DNA of 64,000 nt from an uncultured Gammaproteobacteria bacterium. GTDB taxonomy: Bacteria; Patescibacteriota; Patescibacteriia; XYB2-FULL-38-15. Below are positions 37,986-47,489 of this stretch, piece after piece. The first letter of the stretch is position 1; each line of letters opens with the position of its first letter. The notes below the pieces were generated by a model that saw nothing but the letters and a program-made list of their open reading frames with translations, was not told where the DNA came from and made no database searches. The translations under genes and the position numbers were made by a program. The stretch is taken from positions 249,228-313,227 of the forward strand of contig OZ246416.1 of NCBI GenBank assembly GCA_965231095.1, given 5' to 3'.

Positions 37986-38501
37986 TTAGTTGTACTTTAT
38001 AGCGCCAAATTTTAAAATAGTAATTTTTTCTTTAGATAAATTTATACCGGCTTTATGGCAAACTGCCTTTATTTGTTCACCTCGCGTATTTATTCCCTTG
38101 AGGTCTGGTAGAAGCAACCCGGATTTTCCCGTTTCCGATCTCACTAAAATTCCATATTTTTTTGGATCAAGTTCGTCTATATTTTTTATTTCCCGCGGTT
38201 CATCCAAAACATAGACTGAGTAGGAAAGTTTTGGCAGTTCTTCTTTAGTGATTGGGTTGAAGCGATAATCTTCCGTTGCCGCAGAAATGGAATTTTGCAT
38301 AATTTCTTCCGCAAGAGTTGGTGCGGTCGGAAGGTAGGTACCAATACATCCGCGCAGATTTTTCCCATTATAAATACTTACAAAAACCCCCGCCCGAGAA
38401 GCCGTAAATTTTTTTGGCAAATCTTTGGGTGGGGGAGGAATTTTTCCTGTTTTAAAATAACCTTCGATTGCATCTTTAACCAGTTTTACGTGGGCGTTCA
38501 T
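37986..38501 (-). CDS. AMMECR1 domain protein (AmrA-like). ATG at 38501 is preferred over the longer track ORF, which would overlap Memo by 52 nt.
   Basis: LRGCIGTY motif. Confidence 0.7.
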   Translation of the reverse strand: MNAHVKLVKDAIEGYFKTGKIPPPPKDLPKKFTASRAGVFVSIYNGKNLRGCIGTYLPTAPTLAEEIMQNSISAATEDYRFNPITKEELPKLSYSVYVLDEPREIKNIDELDPKKYGILVRSETGKSGLLLPDLKGINTRGEQIKAVCHKAGINLSKEKITILKFGAIKYN

Positions 38502-38502
38502 T

Positions 38503-39294
38503 TTATTCGAGTTTAAAATTAGCAACAAGATATCCAACGCCGAACGGCCCCTCATACGACAAAATTTCCGGTACGTAGTTTATTCTTTCGAGCAGCCCGA
38601 GAAGAATTAAAATTGAGCGCAGGCCGCATTCACCGGCTTTCTCCACCAAATCAACATCCAATTTTAAAATTCCCGCGGTGTTTTTATTGGTAATTAATTC
38701 TGTTAATTTATCATCAAATTCTTTTCCTCGCGGCGAATATCCGGCCGGCGCGTCTTTTGTCAGGTGATGGGAAAGATCTCCGGAAGCGATTACCGCGATT
38801 CTTTTATCTTCGTTTAAAATTATTTCTTTTAAAATATCCCCGAAATTAAAATGGGTTTTAAAATCAAGTAAAGAATATCCGAGAGGCAGAATGGAAACAT
38901 GGGGAAGATTTTTCGTCAAAAAATAAAGAGGGACAACCGCGCCGTGATCCAAAAATTCATCACTCGTCAGAGTAAGAGGAATATTTTTATCTTCCATTAA
39001 TTCTTTAATGCGGAAAGCCAGGGCGGTATTCGTTTTAAATTTAATTTTTGTGGAAAAATCTCCAAACTCTTCCAAATTACTCGCGTACTCGGGATTTAAA
39101 TTAATAGAGAAAGCGTCGGGCAAAAGCGAGCCGTGCGGGGAAATTATAATTACGGTATCGGGCTTGGCCGCGACAATTTTTTTTTCCAATTCCAAAAGCG
39201 CCTCGGCGGTTTTTTTAATTCTCTTTGTATTTTCCCGGCCGATAGCCGGGATTAAAATCGGGGGATGAGGAGTAATTGCCGCAAAAGTTAGCAT
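38503..39294 (-). CDS. Memo-like / AmmeMemoRadiSam system protein B
   Basis: MLTFAAITPHPPILIPAIG…ISPHGS…ASGDLSHHL (extradiol dioxygenase class III-like Memo fold). Confidence 0.75.
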   Translation of the reverse strand: MLTFAAITPHPPILIPAIGRENTKRIKKTAEALLELEKKIVAAKPDTVIIISPHGSLLPDAFSINLNPEYASNLEEFGDFSTKIKFKTNTALAFRIKELMEDKNIPLTLTSDEFLDHGAVVPLYFLTKNLPHVSILPLGYSLLDFKTHFNFGDILKEIILNEDKRIAVIASGDLSHHLTKDAPAGYSPRGKEFDDKLTELITNKNTAGILKLDVDLVEKAGECGLRSILILLGLLERINYVPEILSYEGPFGVGYLVANFKLE

Positions 39295-39315
39295 ATTTTC
39301 GTTAATTGTTAGCTC

Positions 39316-40716
39316 TTAATTGTTAACCGTTGTCTCAACCGCGCCGCCAAGATAAATTGTTGAACCGACCGGATGCAAAGACAAAATTTTATCCGTGGTT
39401 TTTATAATGTTTGTCCATTTGAAACCAAGCCCGTTAAAAACCTGTTCAGTGGGAATGGGGCGGCGTTCGCCGTTGGAAATAAAATAAACCGTCGGCGAAG
39501 TTTCTCCCACTACCAATTCGCCATCTTTAAATTTTATTGGTTCGCCGGTGGAATATTTTTTTAATTCATCGGGAGAAACAACCGTGATTTTTTTATTCGC
39601 AAAATATAGAGTTAAAAATTGTTTCGCCCAAATTGGTTTTTTAATTCCATTTTCCACGTAATAAACTCCTCCGGAAGTTTTATCTTGCAAGAGCGCGCCG
39701 GTTGGATAAATGCTCTGCATAGTAATCGGATCGTTTTCAATGTAGAGATTTAAATCTTCCCAGGTCGCGTCCATAACTTCTTCCGGATTAAATCCGATCG
39801 TGCGAAAAACTTCGTTTGAAGAAAATCCTCGCCGCGTGTCGCCGACCAAAAGATAAACCGTGCCGGCGGGCGAGCGGAGGAGGGAATAATCGGCAAATTT
39901 TATGGGCGTGCCGGTTTCGTAATTTTCCAACTCGCTTTTTGAAACAGTAATTAATTTATCCGGAGAATACCGCGAGACAAAAGCGGAATAACTTGAAAAT
40001 TGGCGTTTAAGGCCGCGCTGAAGTAACCAAATATTTGATCCATCAGCTTCTTTTAAAACCGTTCCATCGGGAAAAAATTTTCCAAACCAATCCTGCCAGA
40101 GTTTCCAAAAATTATAATTGCCGTGGTAGTGCGGGGTGTAAGTATAAAAAGCCGCGGTAGCCAAATTGTTTGGAGTGATTTTGTAAGTATCAATCAAATA
40201 AGTGACGCCGGGTAATTTCACCCAAGAAAGAGTAAGGGCGTTATCCAAAAACCATCGTTTCCAGCCGGCGGCGTAATCAACTTGCGTGGCAAACCCTTTG
40301 TATTTTTGCAAAGTGGGATCAGACATTGAGCAAGAATCACAAATTCCATAACCGGTCGCCCAATCAAGTTGCTTTTGTGTCGGAAGAGCGGTCGTCACCA
40401 AACTTTGTTCCTTTTGTAAAGTTACAAGCAAAACTTTTGGGCTGATTTTATAACTTTGAGCCACACGCCAAATAATTTCCGACGCGGTTCGGCCAAGTCC
40501 ATCCGTATCAATCGTCGCGTAATAGGCGAGCGAGCTGCCTTTATCTTCCAAAAATTTTTGAATTTGCGCTAAAGACATTGAAGAATGATCTGTTAACTCT
40601 TGGTCGGAAATAATATAGTTAGGATTGAATTCAGCCAGGGCAAAATTAATAAACAAAAGCTGGCTTAATACAAATATAGCCAAAATACGCATAAGCTTTG
40701 GTAGTTTTAATTTCAT
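39316..40716 (-). CDS. Secreted hypothetical protein (about 466 aa) with a signal peptide
   Basis: MKLKLPKLMRILAIFVLSQLLFINFALA signal. The track start at 40758 is TTG; ATG at 40716. Confidence 0.5.
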   Translation of the reverse strand: MKLKLPKLMRILAIFVLSQLLFINFALAEFNPNYIISDQELTDHSSMSLAQIQKFLEDKGSSLAYYATIDTDGLGRTASEIIWRVAQSYKISPKVLLVTLQKEQSLVTTALPTQKQLDWATGYGICDSCSMSDPTLQKYKGFATQVDYAAGWKRWFLDNALTLSWVKLPGVTYLIDTYKITPNNLATAAFYTYTPHYHGNYNFWKLWQDWFGKFFPDGTVLKEADGSNIWLLQRGLKRQFSSYSAFVSRYSPDKLITVSKSELENYETGTPIKFADYSLLRSPAGTVYLLVGDTRRGFSSNEVFRTIGFNPEEVMDATWEDLNLYIENDPITMQSIYPTGALLQDKTSGGVYYVENGIKKPIWAKQFLTLYFANKKITVVSPDELKKYSTGEPIKFKDGELVVGETSPTVYFISNGERRPIPTEQVFNGLGFKWTNIIKTTDKILSLHPVGSTIYLGGAVETTVNN

Positions 40717-40849
40717 ATTTTCTATAAATAGTATAGCATATTTTCCCCTTGACAACAAATAAGTTATCTGTTATTATATAGCCATCTTGAAGTGGGGAAG
40801 TCCTTCACGGCGAAGGGCGACTTCTCCCTACGGAAGAAGGAGGAACAAG

Positions 40850-40933
40850 ATGACGAGAACCAGGTACGGGCCGTTCGCGCTGTCGTACAGCGCGGAAACA
40901 TTGGTCGCTTCCTCGTCGACTTCGGCGGCCTGA
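40850..40933 (+). CDS. Candidate 27-aa peptide (MTRTRYGPFALSYSAETLVASSSTSAA) at the start of a GC-rich island
   Basis: Promoter TTGACA-17-TATTAT at 40750-40778, a structured leader, and SD aaggagg 7 nt upstream of the ATG. Speculative. Confidence 0.25.
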   Translation: MTRTRYGPFALSYSAETLVASSSTSAA

Positions 40934-40947
40934 CCGGCGCCCCACCG

Positions 40948-41077
40948 GCGTCCTCCGTTCTCGGTGATCCATTCACACTAGGCATCGTCGTCCTGACAAT
41001 GCTACACCGAGGACAAAGTTCCTAACCCGTCTGCCGACCCAAGGTTCATCCAAGAATCTTTCTGGGTCGGCTTTTTT
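40948..41077 (+). repeat. Direct repeat copy 1 (about 130 bp, includes a terminator hairpin)
   Basis: About 98% identical to 41800-41929 apart from one divergent 14-bp patch; ends gccgaccca…tgggtcggc+T7. Confidence 0.75.
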
Positions 41078-41184
41078 TATTTCAAATAAAATTTGACAAA
41101 AAATATAGTAAATGTAAAATGCGGAACATATAGTTTGAAAGCGGAACATGGGGTTCTGCTACGTGAAAGGGAAGGGAAAAGAAG

Positions 41185-41775
41185 ATGACGAAGATTCTGT
41201 TTGCGTTCTTGTTCGGGTTGCTGATCGTCGGCGCGGCAAATGCGTCGACCACCACCATCTATGGAACCGCCTGGGATGACGACATCACCGTGATGCGGTA
41301 CCACTACAGCGGCTTCCTGGTTGAGGGGGCATGCGTCAACAATACGTGGCACTTGGGCGGAGACGCCACGTCGAGCGATCTCATCTACGTGTACGGAGGG
41401 ACCGGTGATGACCGCATCGACGTGATCACCACGGATGGTGATTTTTTCGTCTGTGGGGGTGAGGCGAAGCGCGTCTACAGCCTCGACTACAGCTACGCGT
41501 GCCCAGGAGTTTTGCTCTCCGGAGATGATGACGACGATGTTCTCGTCGGCGGAGAATGTGCCGAGGTGCTCTCGGGTGGCGACGACAACGACACCTTATT
41601 CGGAGGGGCAGGTTGCGACTACCTCTATGGGGGTTGTGGCTCGGACTGCCTGTCGGACAGCAACGTCTGCACAGTCGACTGCGGCGAGTGCGGAACCGAC
41701 AACGACTCAGAGGCAACGCCCCTGTCTCCCTCGAGCTGCGAGAACTCCGCGATGTTCTGCTTCATCTCGGGGTGA
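41185..41775 (+). CDS. Secreted RTX-like calcium-binding repeat protein (196 aa)
   Basis: Signal peptide MTKILFAFLFGLLIVGAANAS; GGxGxD-type repeats (YGGTGDDRIDV, LSGGDDNDTLFGGAGCDYLYGGCGSD); Asp/Cys-rich. Promoter TTGACA-16-TAAAAT upstream. Confidence 0.55.
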   Translation: MTKILFAFLFGLLIVGAANASTTTIYGTAWDDDITVMRYHYSGFLVEGACVNNTWHLGGDATSSDLIYVYGGTGDDRIDVITTDGDFFVCGGEAKRVYSLDYSYACPGVLLSGDDDDDVLVGGECAEVLSGGDDNDTLFGGAGCDYLYGGCGSDCLSDSNVCTVDCGECGTDNDSEATPLSPSSCENSAMFCFISG

Positions 41776-41799
41776 CGAGGTCTGGGCTAGCAGCCTTTC

Positions 41800-41929
41800 C
41801 GTCCTCCACTCTCGGTGATCTATCTATATATAGCATCGTCGTCCTGACAATGCCACACCGAGGACAAAGTTCCTAACCCGTCTGCCGACCCAAGGTTCAT
41901 CCAAGAATCTTTCTGGGTCGGCTTTTTTT
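41800..41929 (+). repeat. Direct repeat copy 2
   Basis: See copy 1; together they bracket the RTX-like gene. Confidence 0.75.
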
Positions 41930-42027
41930 ATCTCTTGACGGAAAATTAAATATAATTTAACCTAAGCAAAAGGTTAGAAACCTTGACGCGAGGCAGTTCG
42001 CCCGCGTGGAAAAGGGAGGGAAGTAAC

Positions 42028-42279
42028 GTGGAAACTACGCTGTTCGCGATCTGGATCGTCGGGGTCGTCTTGGTTCTGGCGGCTGGGGTATGTTGGGAGT
42101 GGTGGCTCGAAGTTGAGGAGAGGAATCACGGGGAGCCGTGGTTCGGCACCGTCGTCTTCGTGGCTCTCATCTGGCCCGCACTTCTGTGCTTCTTTGTCTT
42201 GCCCATGGGGATCATGCGGGTTTGGGGCAAGGTAGAGGAGGTGATGGCGAGAAGGAGATTCGCGAGAGGAGAGTGGTAA
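42028..42279 (+). CDS. Small 2-TM membrane protein (83 aa, GTG start)
   Basis: SD aagggaggg 8 nt upstream of the GTG; W-rich TM helices. Confidence 0.4.
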   Translation: METTLFAIWIVGVVLVLAAGVCWEWWLEVEERNHGEPWFGTVVFVALIWPALLCFFVLPMGIMRVWGKVEEVMARRRFARGEW

Positions 42280-42476
42280 TGATAGACATCCTTGGTCCGT
42301 TGATCGGCGTTGCGTTCGCCGCGGCGTTTGCTCTGGATCTTTGGTGCGAGCCGCTCCTGTTCGACACCTTCGGCACCTCTGGTGCGACCGGGTTCTGGGA
42401 GAACGGTGCCCAGACCCGTTGCACATTCGTCGAGACCGCTCCTGTTCGGATCGCTGGAGAGTGCTCGCTCGCTTGA
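42279..42476 (+). CDS. Small protein (65 aa) coupled to the previous ORF (TAATG overlap)
   Basis: MIDILGPLIGVAFAAAFALDLW… hydrophobic N-terminus. Confidence 0.35.
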   Translation: MIDILGPLIGVAFAAAFALDLWCEPLLFDTFGTSGATGFWENGAQTRCTFVETAPVRIAGECSLA

Positions 42477-42581
42477 TCGGCCCGGACAACGTAACCGTCG
42501 CGTTGGACACCCGGGCAAAATGAGGAATGGCGGCTTACCTGCGGCACGACGCCCCATCCGAGGGAAGGAAGGAACCCCGGC

Positions 42582-42857
42582 ATGATAAGTGCTGGAATCG
42601 TGCCTGCCCTCGTGCAGATCTGCGTCGGTGGTAACTGGGACGTCTGCTCTTACACTTCGCCGTTGTTTACGTCCGTCCATCACGACGGTCGTACGAACGA
42701 CCTCGACGGACGAGACGGTGTCTTCGAATGCTCGGAGGACGCTCCGCGCGTTCGCGACGAGGTGACGAGCGCCCGGCCAAGCGGAAGCCCGCTCCTGGCC
42801 GTTCGTACCAGTACACCGTGCAGTTCATGCGCGAGACAGGCACGCGCGCCGCCCTGA
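42582..42857 (+). CDS. Hypothetical Cys-containing protein (91 aa)
   Basis: SD ggaagga; followed by terminator cccggct…agccggg+T6 (about 42864-42912). Confidence 0.35.
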   Translation: MISAGIVPALVQICVGGNWDVCSYTSPLFTSVHHDGRTNDLDGRDGVFECSEDAPRVRDEVTSARPSGSPLLAVRTSTPCSSCARQARAPP

Positions 42858-43018
42858 CGTAACCCCGGCTTGTGAAGAGACCGAAATATCTTCCGAGCCG
42901 GGTCTTTTTTATGTCGCAAAAATTCAAAAATCCTAACCAATATGCTGGATAGGATTTTATGTTGGAGTCCCGATTTTAGTCGGGCAAAATTGCCCACTCT
43001 AAAGAGTGGATTCCGTTT

Positions 43019-45652
43019 TTATTTCACCGCGAAGGTGATTTTTTTATCTTTATCCAATCCGATGGCAACCTTATCTCCATCTTTTATTTTTCCTTCAATA
43101 ATCTGCATGGCTAATTCATCCAGAATCATATTTTGAATTACGCGTTTCAGCGGCCGGGCGCCAAAGAGCGGATCAAAACCCTTTTCCGCAAGCATTTTTT
43201 CTACCGCGTCAGAAATATCCAGTTTTATTTTTTTGGCATCAAGCCGTTTTTGCACTTCAGCCAATTGCAATTCAATAATTTTCCCAATTTCCGATTTCCC
43301 CAAACTTTTGAAAATCACAATCTCGTCAATGCGATTTAAAAATTCCAATTTAAACGTCTCGCGCAAAATTTCCATAATCTTGTCGCGCATTTCATTGTCG
43401 CGGCTTGCTTCCTGATTTTCTCCGTCACGAAATCCGATAGAGTAATCTCGTATAACTTGATTTCCTAAATTTGAGGTCATGATAATGATCGTGTTTTTGA
43501 AGTTCACGGTACGGCCGCGGCCATCGGTCAGGCGTCCGTCGTCTAAAATCTGGAGTAAAATATTAAAAACTTCCGGATGGGCTTTTTCAATTTCATCAAA
43601 AAGTACGACAGAATACGGCCGGCGGCGAATTGCTTCGGTTAATTGTCCGCCCTCGTCATAGCCAACATATCCGGGGGGAGAGCCGACAAGCCGCGCCACA
43701 GAATGCTTTTCCATATACTCTGACATATCAACTCGAACAAGCGCGTTTTCATCGTTAAACATAAATTCGGCCAGAGCTTTTGAAAGTTCGGTTTTTCCAA
43801 CTCCAGTCGGCCCGACAAAAATGAAGGAGCCGATTGGTTTCTTTTCTTCGGAAATTCCGGCGCGAGAACGGCGGAGGGCATTGGCAATGGTTTTGATTGC
43901 GTCTTTTTGGCCAATAACCCGACGCCGAAGTTCGTCTTCGGCGTGCGCCAATTTTTCCACTTCACCTTGGAGCATTTTCGAAACCGGAACGCCGGTCCAG
44001 CGGGAAACAACCTTGGCAATATCTTCATCAGTGACTTCTTCGCGCAAAATTCTTTTTTCCCGCGGCGTCTTTTTAAGTTTCTTTTCAAGTGCGATAATTT
44101 CTTTTTCCAATTCGGGAATTTTTCCATAGCGAATCTCGGCGACTTTTTCCAATTCACTTTTCCGCTCGGCAATATCGGCCTGCTGTTTGGCCGCGTCAAT
44201 TTGTTTTTGAGCTTTTCTGATTTGACTGATTAAGTCCTTTTCATAACGCCAGCCGATTTCCAATTCTTTTGATTTTTCCTGCAATTCAGCCAATTCTTTA
44301 TTTAATTTTTTTAACTCATCTTTAACGTCTTCATTCTTTTCTTTCAAAAGAGCCTGGCGTTCAATCTCCGACTTCATCATTTTTCGTTTCAGTTGATCAA
44401 GCTCGGTGGGCATAGAATCAATTTCCATCCGGAGAGCGGAAGTCGCTTCGTCAATTAAATCAACCGCTTTGTCCGGCAAAAAACGGTCGGAAATATAGCG
44501 ATGCGAAAGAGTCGCCGCCGCGATAATCGCCGCGTCGGTAATTTTTACGCCATGATGAACTTCATATTTTTCTTTAATGCCGCGCAAAATCGCAATCGTA
44601 TCTTCGACTGACGGCTCTCCAACGTAAACCGGTTGAAAACGTCGTTCTAGAGCCGCATCTTTTTCAACGTACTTGTGATATTCTTTTAAAGTTGTCGCCC
44701 CGATTGTATGGAGTTCGCCGCGAGCGAGGGCCGGTTTTAACATATTTGAAGCATCCATCGCCCCCTCAATCGCTCCGGCGCCAACAATCGTGTGCAGCTC
44801 GTCAATAAATAAAACAATTTTTCCGGCGGCTTGTTTTACTTCTTTAATTACAGCTTTCAGGCGGTCTTCAAACTCGCCGCGAAATTTTGTTCCGGCCAGC
44901 AATGATCCCAAATCCAGGGAAATTAATTCTTTATCTTTCAAACTTTCTGGCACGTCACCGGCGACAATTCTTTGCGCCAAACCTTCAACAATCGCGGTTT
45001 TCCCCGTGCCCGCCTCACCAATCAAAACCGGATTATTTTTTGTCCGGCGGGAAAGAACTTGCATCACACGGCGGATTTCTTCGTCACGGCCAATGACCGG
45101 ATCCAATTTTTTCCCTCGAGCCAGTTCGGTAAGATTAATTGTATATTTTTCCAAAACTTGATATTTCGCTTCCGGTTCCGGAGAGTCAACTTTTTGCGTG
45201 CCACGAACTTCAACTAAAACTTTAAGCGCACCATCATAAGTAACGCCTGCGTTAAATAAAATTTCCCCAGCCCGACTTTTTACGCCAACTAATCCTAAAA
45301 GTAGATGCTCAGTACTGATATATTCATCTTTCATTTTTTTGGTTTCTTTTTCCACGGCGTAAAAAACCTGAACCATTTCCTGGCCAACATTCATCTGCGC
45401 CATACCACCCTGGCGCCGGCCGGAATGTTTTGGCAATTTTTGAAATTCTTCGGAAATTTTTTGTTTCAAATCTCCGACGTTAATTCCTAATTTTTGAAGT
45501 AGAGAGCCGACAATTCCGCCCTCCTGATCCAAAAGCGCGGAAAGGACATGGAGCGGATCTAAATACTGATGATTATATTCAAAAACCAACCCCTGGGCCG
45601 CCTGAAGAGCTTCTTGGGATTTGGTGGTAAAATTTTGCGGAAGCATTGGCAT
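43019..45652 (-). CDS. clpB: ATP-dependent chaperone ClpB
   Basis: Two AAA+ modules ([15 protein letters not shown]; [15 protein letters not shown]) separated by a long coiled-coil middle domain; N-terminal Clp_N repeats. Confidence 0.95.
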   Translation of the reverse strand: MPMLPQNFTTKSQEALQAAQGLVFEYNHQYLDPLHVLSALLDQEGGIVGSLLQKLGINVGDLKQKISEEFQKLPKHSGRRQGGMAQMNVGQEMVQVFYAVEKETKKMKDEYISTEHLLLGLVGVKSRAGEILFNAGVTYDGALKVLVEVRGTQKVDSPEPEAKYQVLEKYTINLTELARGKKLDPVIGRDEEIRRVMQVLSRRTKNNPVLIGEAGTGKTAIVEGLAQRIVAGDVPESLKDKELISLDLGSLLAGTKFRGEFEDRLKAVIKEVKQAAGKIVLFIDELHTIVGAGAIEGAMDASNMLKPALARGELHTIGATTLKEYHKYVEKDAALERRFQPVYVGEPSVEDTIAILRGIKEKYEVHHGVKITDAAIIAAATLSHRYISDRFLPDKAVDLIDEATSALRMEIDSMPTELDQLKRKMMKSEIERQALLKEKNEDVKDELKKLNKELAELQEKSKELEIGWRYEKDLISQIRKAQKQIDAAKQQADIAERKSELEKVAEIRYGKIPELEKEIIALEKKLKKTPREKRILREEVTDEDIAKVVSRWTGVPVSKMLQGEVEKLAHAEDELRRRVIGQKDAIKTIANALRRSRAGISEEKKPIGSFIFVGPTGVGKTELSKALAEFMFNDENALVRVDMSEYMEKHSVARLVGSPPGYVGYDEGGQLTEAIRRRPYSVVLFDEIEKAHPEVFNILLQILDDGRLTDGRGRTVNFKNTIIIMTSNLGNQVIRDYSIGFRDGENQEASRDNEMRDKIMEILRETFKLEFLNRIDEIVIFKSLGKSEIGKIIELQLAEVQKRLDAKKIKLDISDAVEKMLAEKGFDPLFGARPLKRVIQNMILDELAMQIIEGKIKDGDKVAIGLDKDKKITFAVK

Positions 45653-45661
45653 ATTTATAAA

Positions 45662-45720
45662 TTAGCAGTCATTGATTTAGAGTGCTAACTATATTTTACA
45701 ACTTCTAAAAATACTGTCAA
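45662..45720 (-). promoter_or_regulatory. clpB promoter (TTGACA-16-TAAAAT on the minus strand) with a CIRCE/HrcA operator
   Basis: ttagcagtc-N9-gagtgctaa (45662-45688) matches the CIRCE consensus TTAGCACTC-N9-GAGTGCTAA at 8/9 + 9/9, directly downstream of the -10. Confidence 0.7.
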
Positions 45721-45782
45721 GACCAAAAAGAAAGAGCCCAATTCTGTCATTTTACGATAATGTTATTATAAATATATTAAAC

Positions 45783-45815
45783 AAAAACCCGCGCCACCTG
45801 ACGCGGGCAGGGGAG
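45783..45815. terminator. Bidirectional terminator hairpin
   Basis: cccgcg-ccacctga-cgcggg with A-tracts on one side and T-tracts on the other. Confidence 0.5.
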
Positions 45816-45824
45816 AAATTATTT

Positions 45825-46166
45825 TTATTTATCTGTTTTTCCGGAATTTTTTTGTCTCTCTTCTAGTTTTTTAAGAACTTCCAAGGCGATTCGCGTTACG
45901 TCCTTCAAAACCATGTCTAAGCTCTGGATTGAAGTCCAAAGAATCCTTCTCGCACCCACGTAACTTTCAACGTCCGCTCGGCTTCCTAAATCCGGATACT
46001 CGCCATTGTTATTTTTCGCATATTCTTCAAAGCTCATCCCAAAAGCCGCTTCTAAACCCGCAAGTTGTCTTTCTCTTTTTGCTTTCAATTCCCCAGAAAC
46101 CGTCGGCCTTTCCTCAACTTTCGGCCCGTCTTGTCTCATCGCCGACCTTCCTTTTTCCATGGTCAT
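45825..46166 (-). CDS. Hypothetical protein (113 aa)
   Basis: ATG ORF with charged, helical-looking sequence. Confidence 0.45.
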   Translation of the reverse strand: MTMEKGRSAMRQDGPKVEERPTVSGELKAKRERQLAGLEAAFGMSFEEYAKNNNGEYPDLGSRADVESYVGARRILWTSIQSLDMVLKDVTRIALEVLKKLEERQKNSGKTDK

Positions 46167-46185
46167 ATTTTTTAAAAATTAATAT

Positions 46186-47208
46186 TTATTTTAAAATTAA
46201 ATTTAAATCTTCTCCGCATTTGGCGCATTTACCATTTTTATCATGACGCACAATTTCATATCCATGACGTTCAACCATTTTTACTCCGCACTTTGGGCAA
46301 AATGTTGTTTCGTATTCTGGCAGCGCCACATTGTCTAAGTAAACGTATTTTAGTCCGGATCTCTTTCCGACTTCCCGAGCTTCAATGAGTGACGACGGGG
46401 GAGTGGGCGGCAAATCTCGCAGTCTGTAGGTTGGAAAAAATTTGGAAATATGCCAGGGAGTTTCCCTTCCCAATTCTTTGGCGATAAAATTGGCAATGCC
46501 TTCAAAATGTTCTGCCGTATCATTTCCTCCGGGTACAACAAGAGTTGTAACTTCCACCCAAACTCCGCCTTGTTTTATGATTTTTAAAGTTTGCAAAACC
46601 GGCTTTAATTTCGCTCCGCAGACCGTGTAATAAAATTTTTCAGTAAAACCTTTAAGATCAATATTTACCGCGTCAAGATAGGGGATTGCTTCGGTTAAAA
46701 CTTCGCGGCTCGTGTAGCCATTTGACACCCAAACATTTTTTAAATTATTTTTTCGCGCGAGTTTCATTGTCTCCAGGGCAAACTCAATAAAAATTGTCGG
46801 CTCGGAATAAGTGTAAGAAATTGACGGCGCTCCGGAAAGCAAGGCCTCGCTCACAACTTCTTCCGGCGTCATATCTTGGCCCGGGACATTTTCTTCCCTT
46901 AAGTCGCTCTCTTTGGGCATTTGGGCAATGTCCGCGTTTTGGCAATAAAGGCATCTAAAATTACATCCAACCGTGGCGATGGATAAACTTTTCGTCCCGG
47001 GCAAAAAATGGAAAAGAGGTTTTTTCTCAATCGGGTCAATATTTTTGGCAATTACTTTTCCATAAACTAATGAATAAAGCGTGCCGTCAATATTTCGCCG
47101 CACAGAACAAATTCCGCGCCGCCCGGGAGAAATTTGGCAATAATGATTACAGGCCTGGCATTGAACCTTTTGTTCCTCTAATTTTTTATAAAATTGTGCC
47201 TCTTTCAT
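46186..47208 (-). CDS. Radical SAM enzyme, AmmeMemoRadiSam (AmrS)/PFL-activase-like. The track start at 47226 is TTG; ATG at 47208.
   Basis: CNFRCLYCQN (CX3CX2C) with an N-terminal CxxC…C zinc knuckle and a C-terminal CPKCG…CAKCG. Confidence 0.75.
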   Translation of the reverse strand: MKEAQFYKKLEEQKVQCQACNHYCQISPGRRGICSVRRNIDGTLYSLVYGKVIAKNIDPIEKKPLFHFLPGTKSLSIATVGCNFRCLYCQNADIAQMPKESDLREENVPGQDMTPEEVVSEALLSGAPSISYTYSEPTIFIEFALETMKLARKNNLKNVWVSNGYTSREVLTEAIPYLDAVNIDLKGFTEKFYYTVCGAKLKPVLQTLKIIKQGGVWVEVTTLVVPGGNDTAEHFEGIANFIAKELGRETPWHISKFFPTYRLRDLPPTPPSSLIEAREVGKRSGLKYVYLDNVALPEYETTFCPKCGVKMVERHGYEIVRHDKNGKCAKCGEDLNLILK

Positions 47209-47286
47209 ACTATACGATTGTACCAAAAATTTGTAAAAAAATAAACCGACGCTTCCTCCCTTGCGTCGGTAATGTTCTTTCGCAGA

Positions 47287-47475
47287 TCACTTCTTCTCTT
47301 CCCATCCGCGCGCGATCAGTTCGGCATCATGCATGGTGAGTTTCCGCGAGTTGAAGCGCAACCCCCGAAAAACGTCGGGCGGCAACTTCTCGCGCAGGTA
47401 GCGCAAAGCGGCTTCCGTCTCACCGTGCCGATCGCCTTGCGTCACACCCTTCTGTCCACCTTGTTGCTTTGTCAT
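47287..47475 (-). CDS. Hypothetical small protein (62 aa), last gene of the GC-rich minus-strand operon
   Basis: Follows the Zn-ribbon gene; terminator hairpin ccgacgc…gcgtcgg+T-run at 47236-47262 (minus sense). Confidence 0.35.
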   Translation of the reverse strand: MTKQQGGQKGVTQGDRHGETEAALRYLREKLPPDVFRGLRFNSRKLTMHDAELIARGWEEKK

Positions 47476-47489
47476 TTTTTCCTCCGATT

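Noticed and set aside
41426-42683. Multiple long overlapping ORFs in all frames across the GC-rich island (e.g. 41435-41818, 41556-41876, 41974-42510, 42126-42683)
   Set aside because: High GC suppresses stop codons. These lack SD or start context and overlap the SD-supported genes (41185-41775, 42028-42279, 42279-42476, 42582-42857); Arg/Pro-rich translations are typical of wrong-frame GC-rich DNA.
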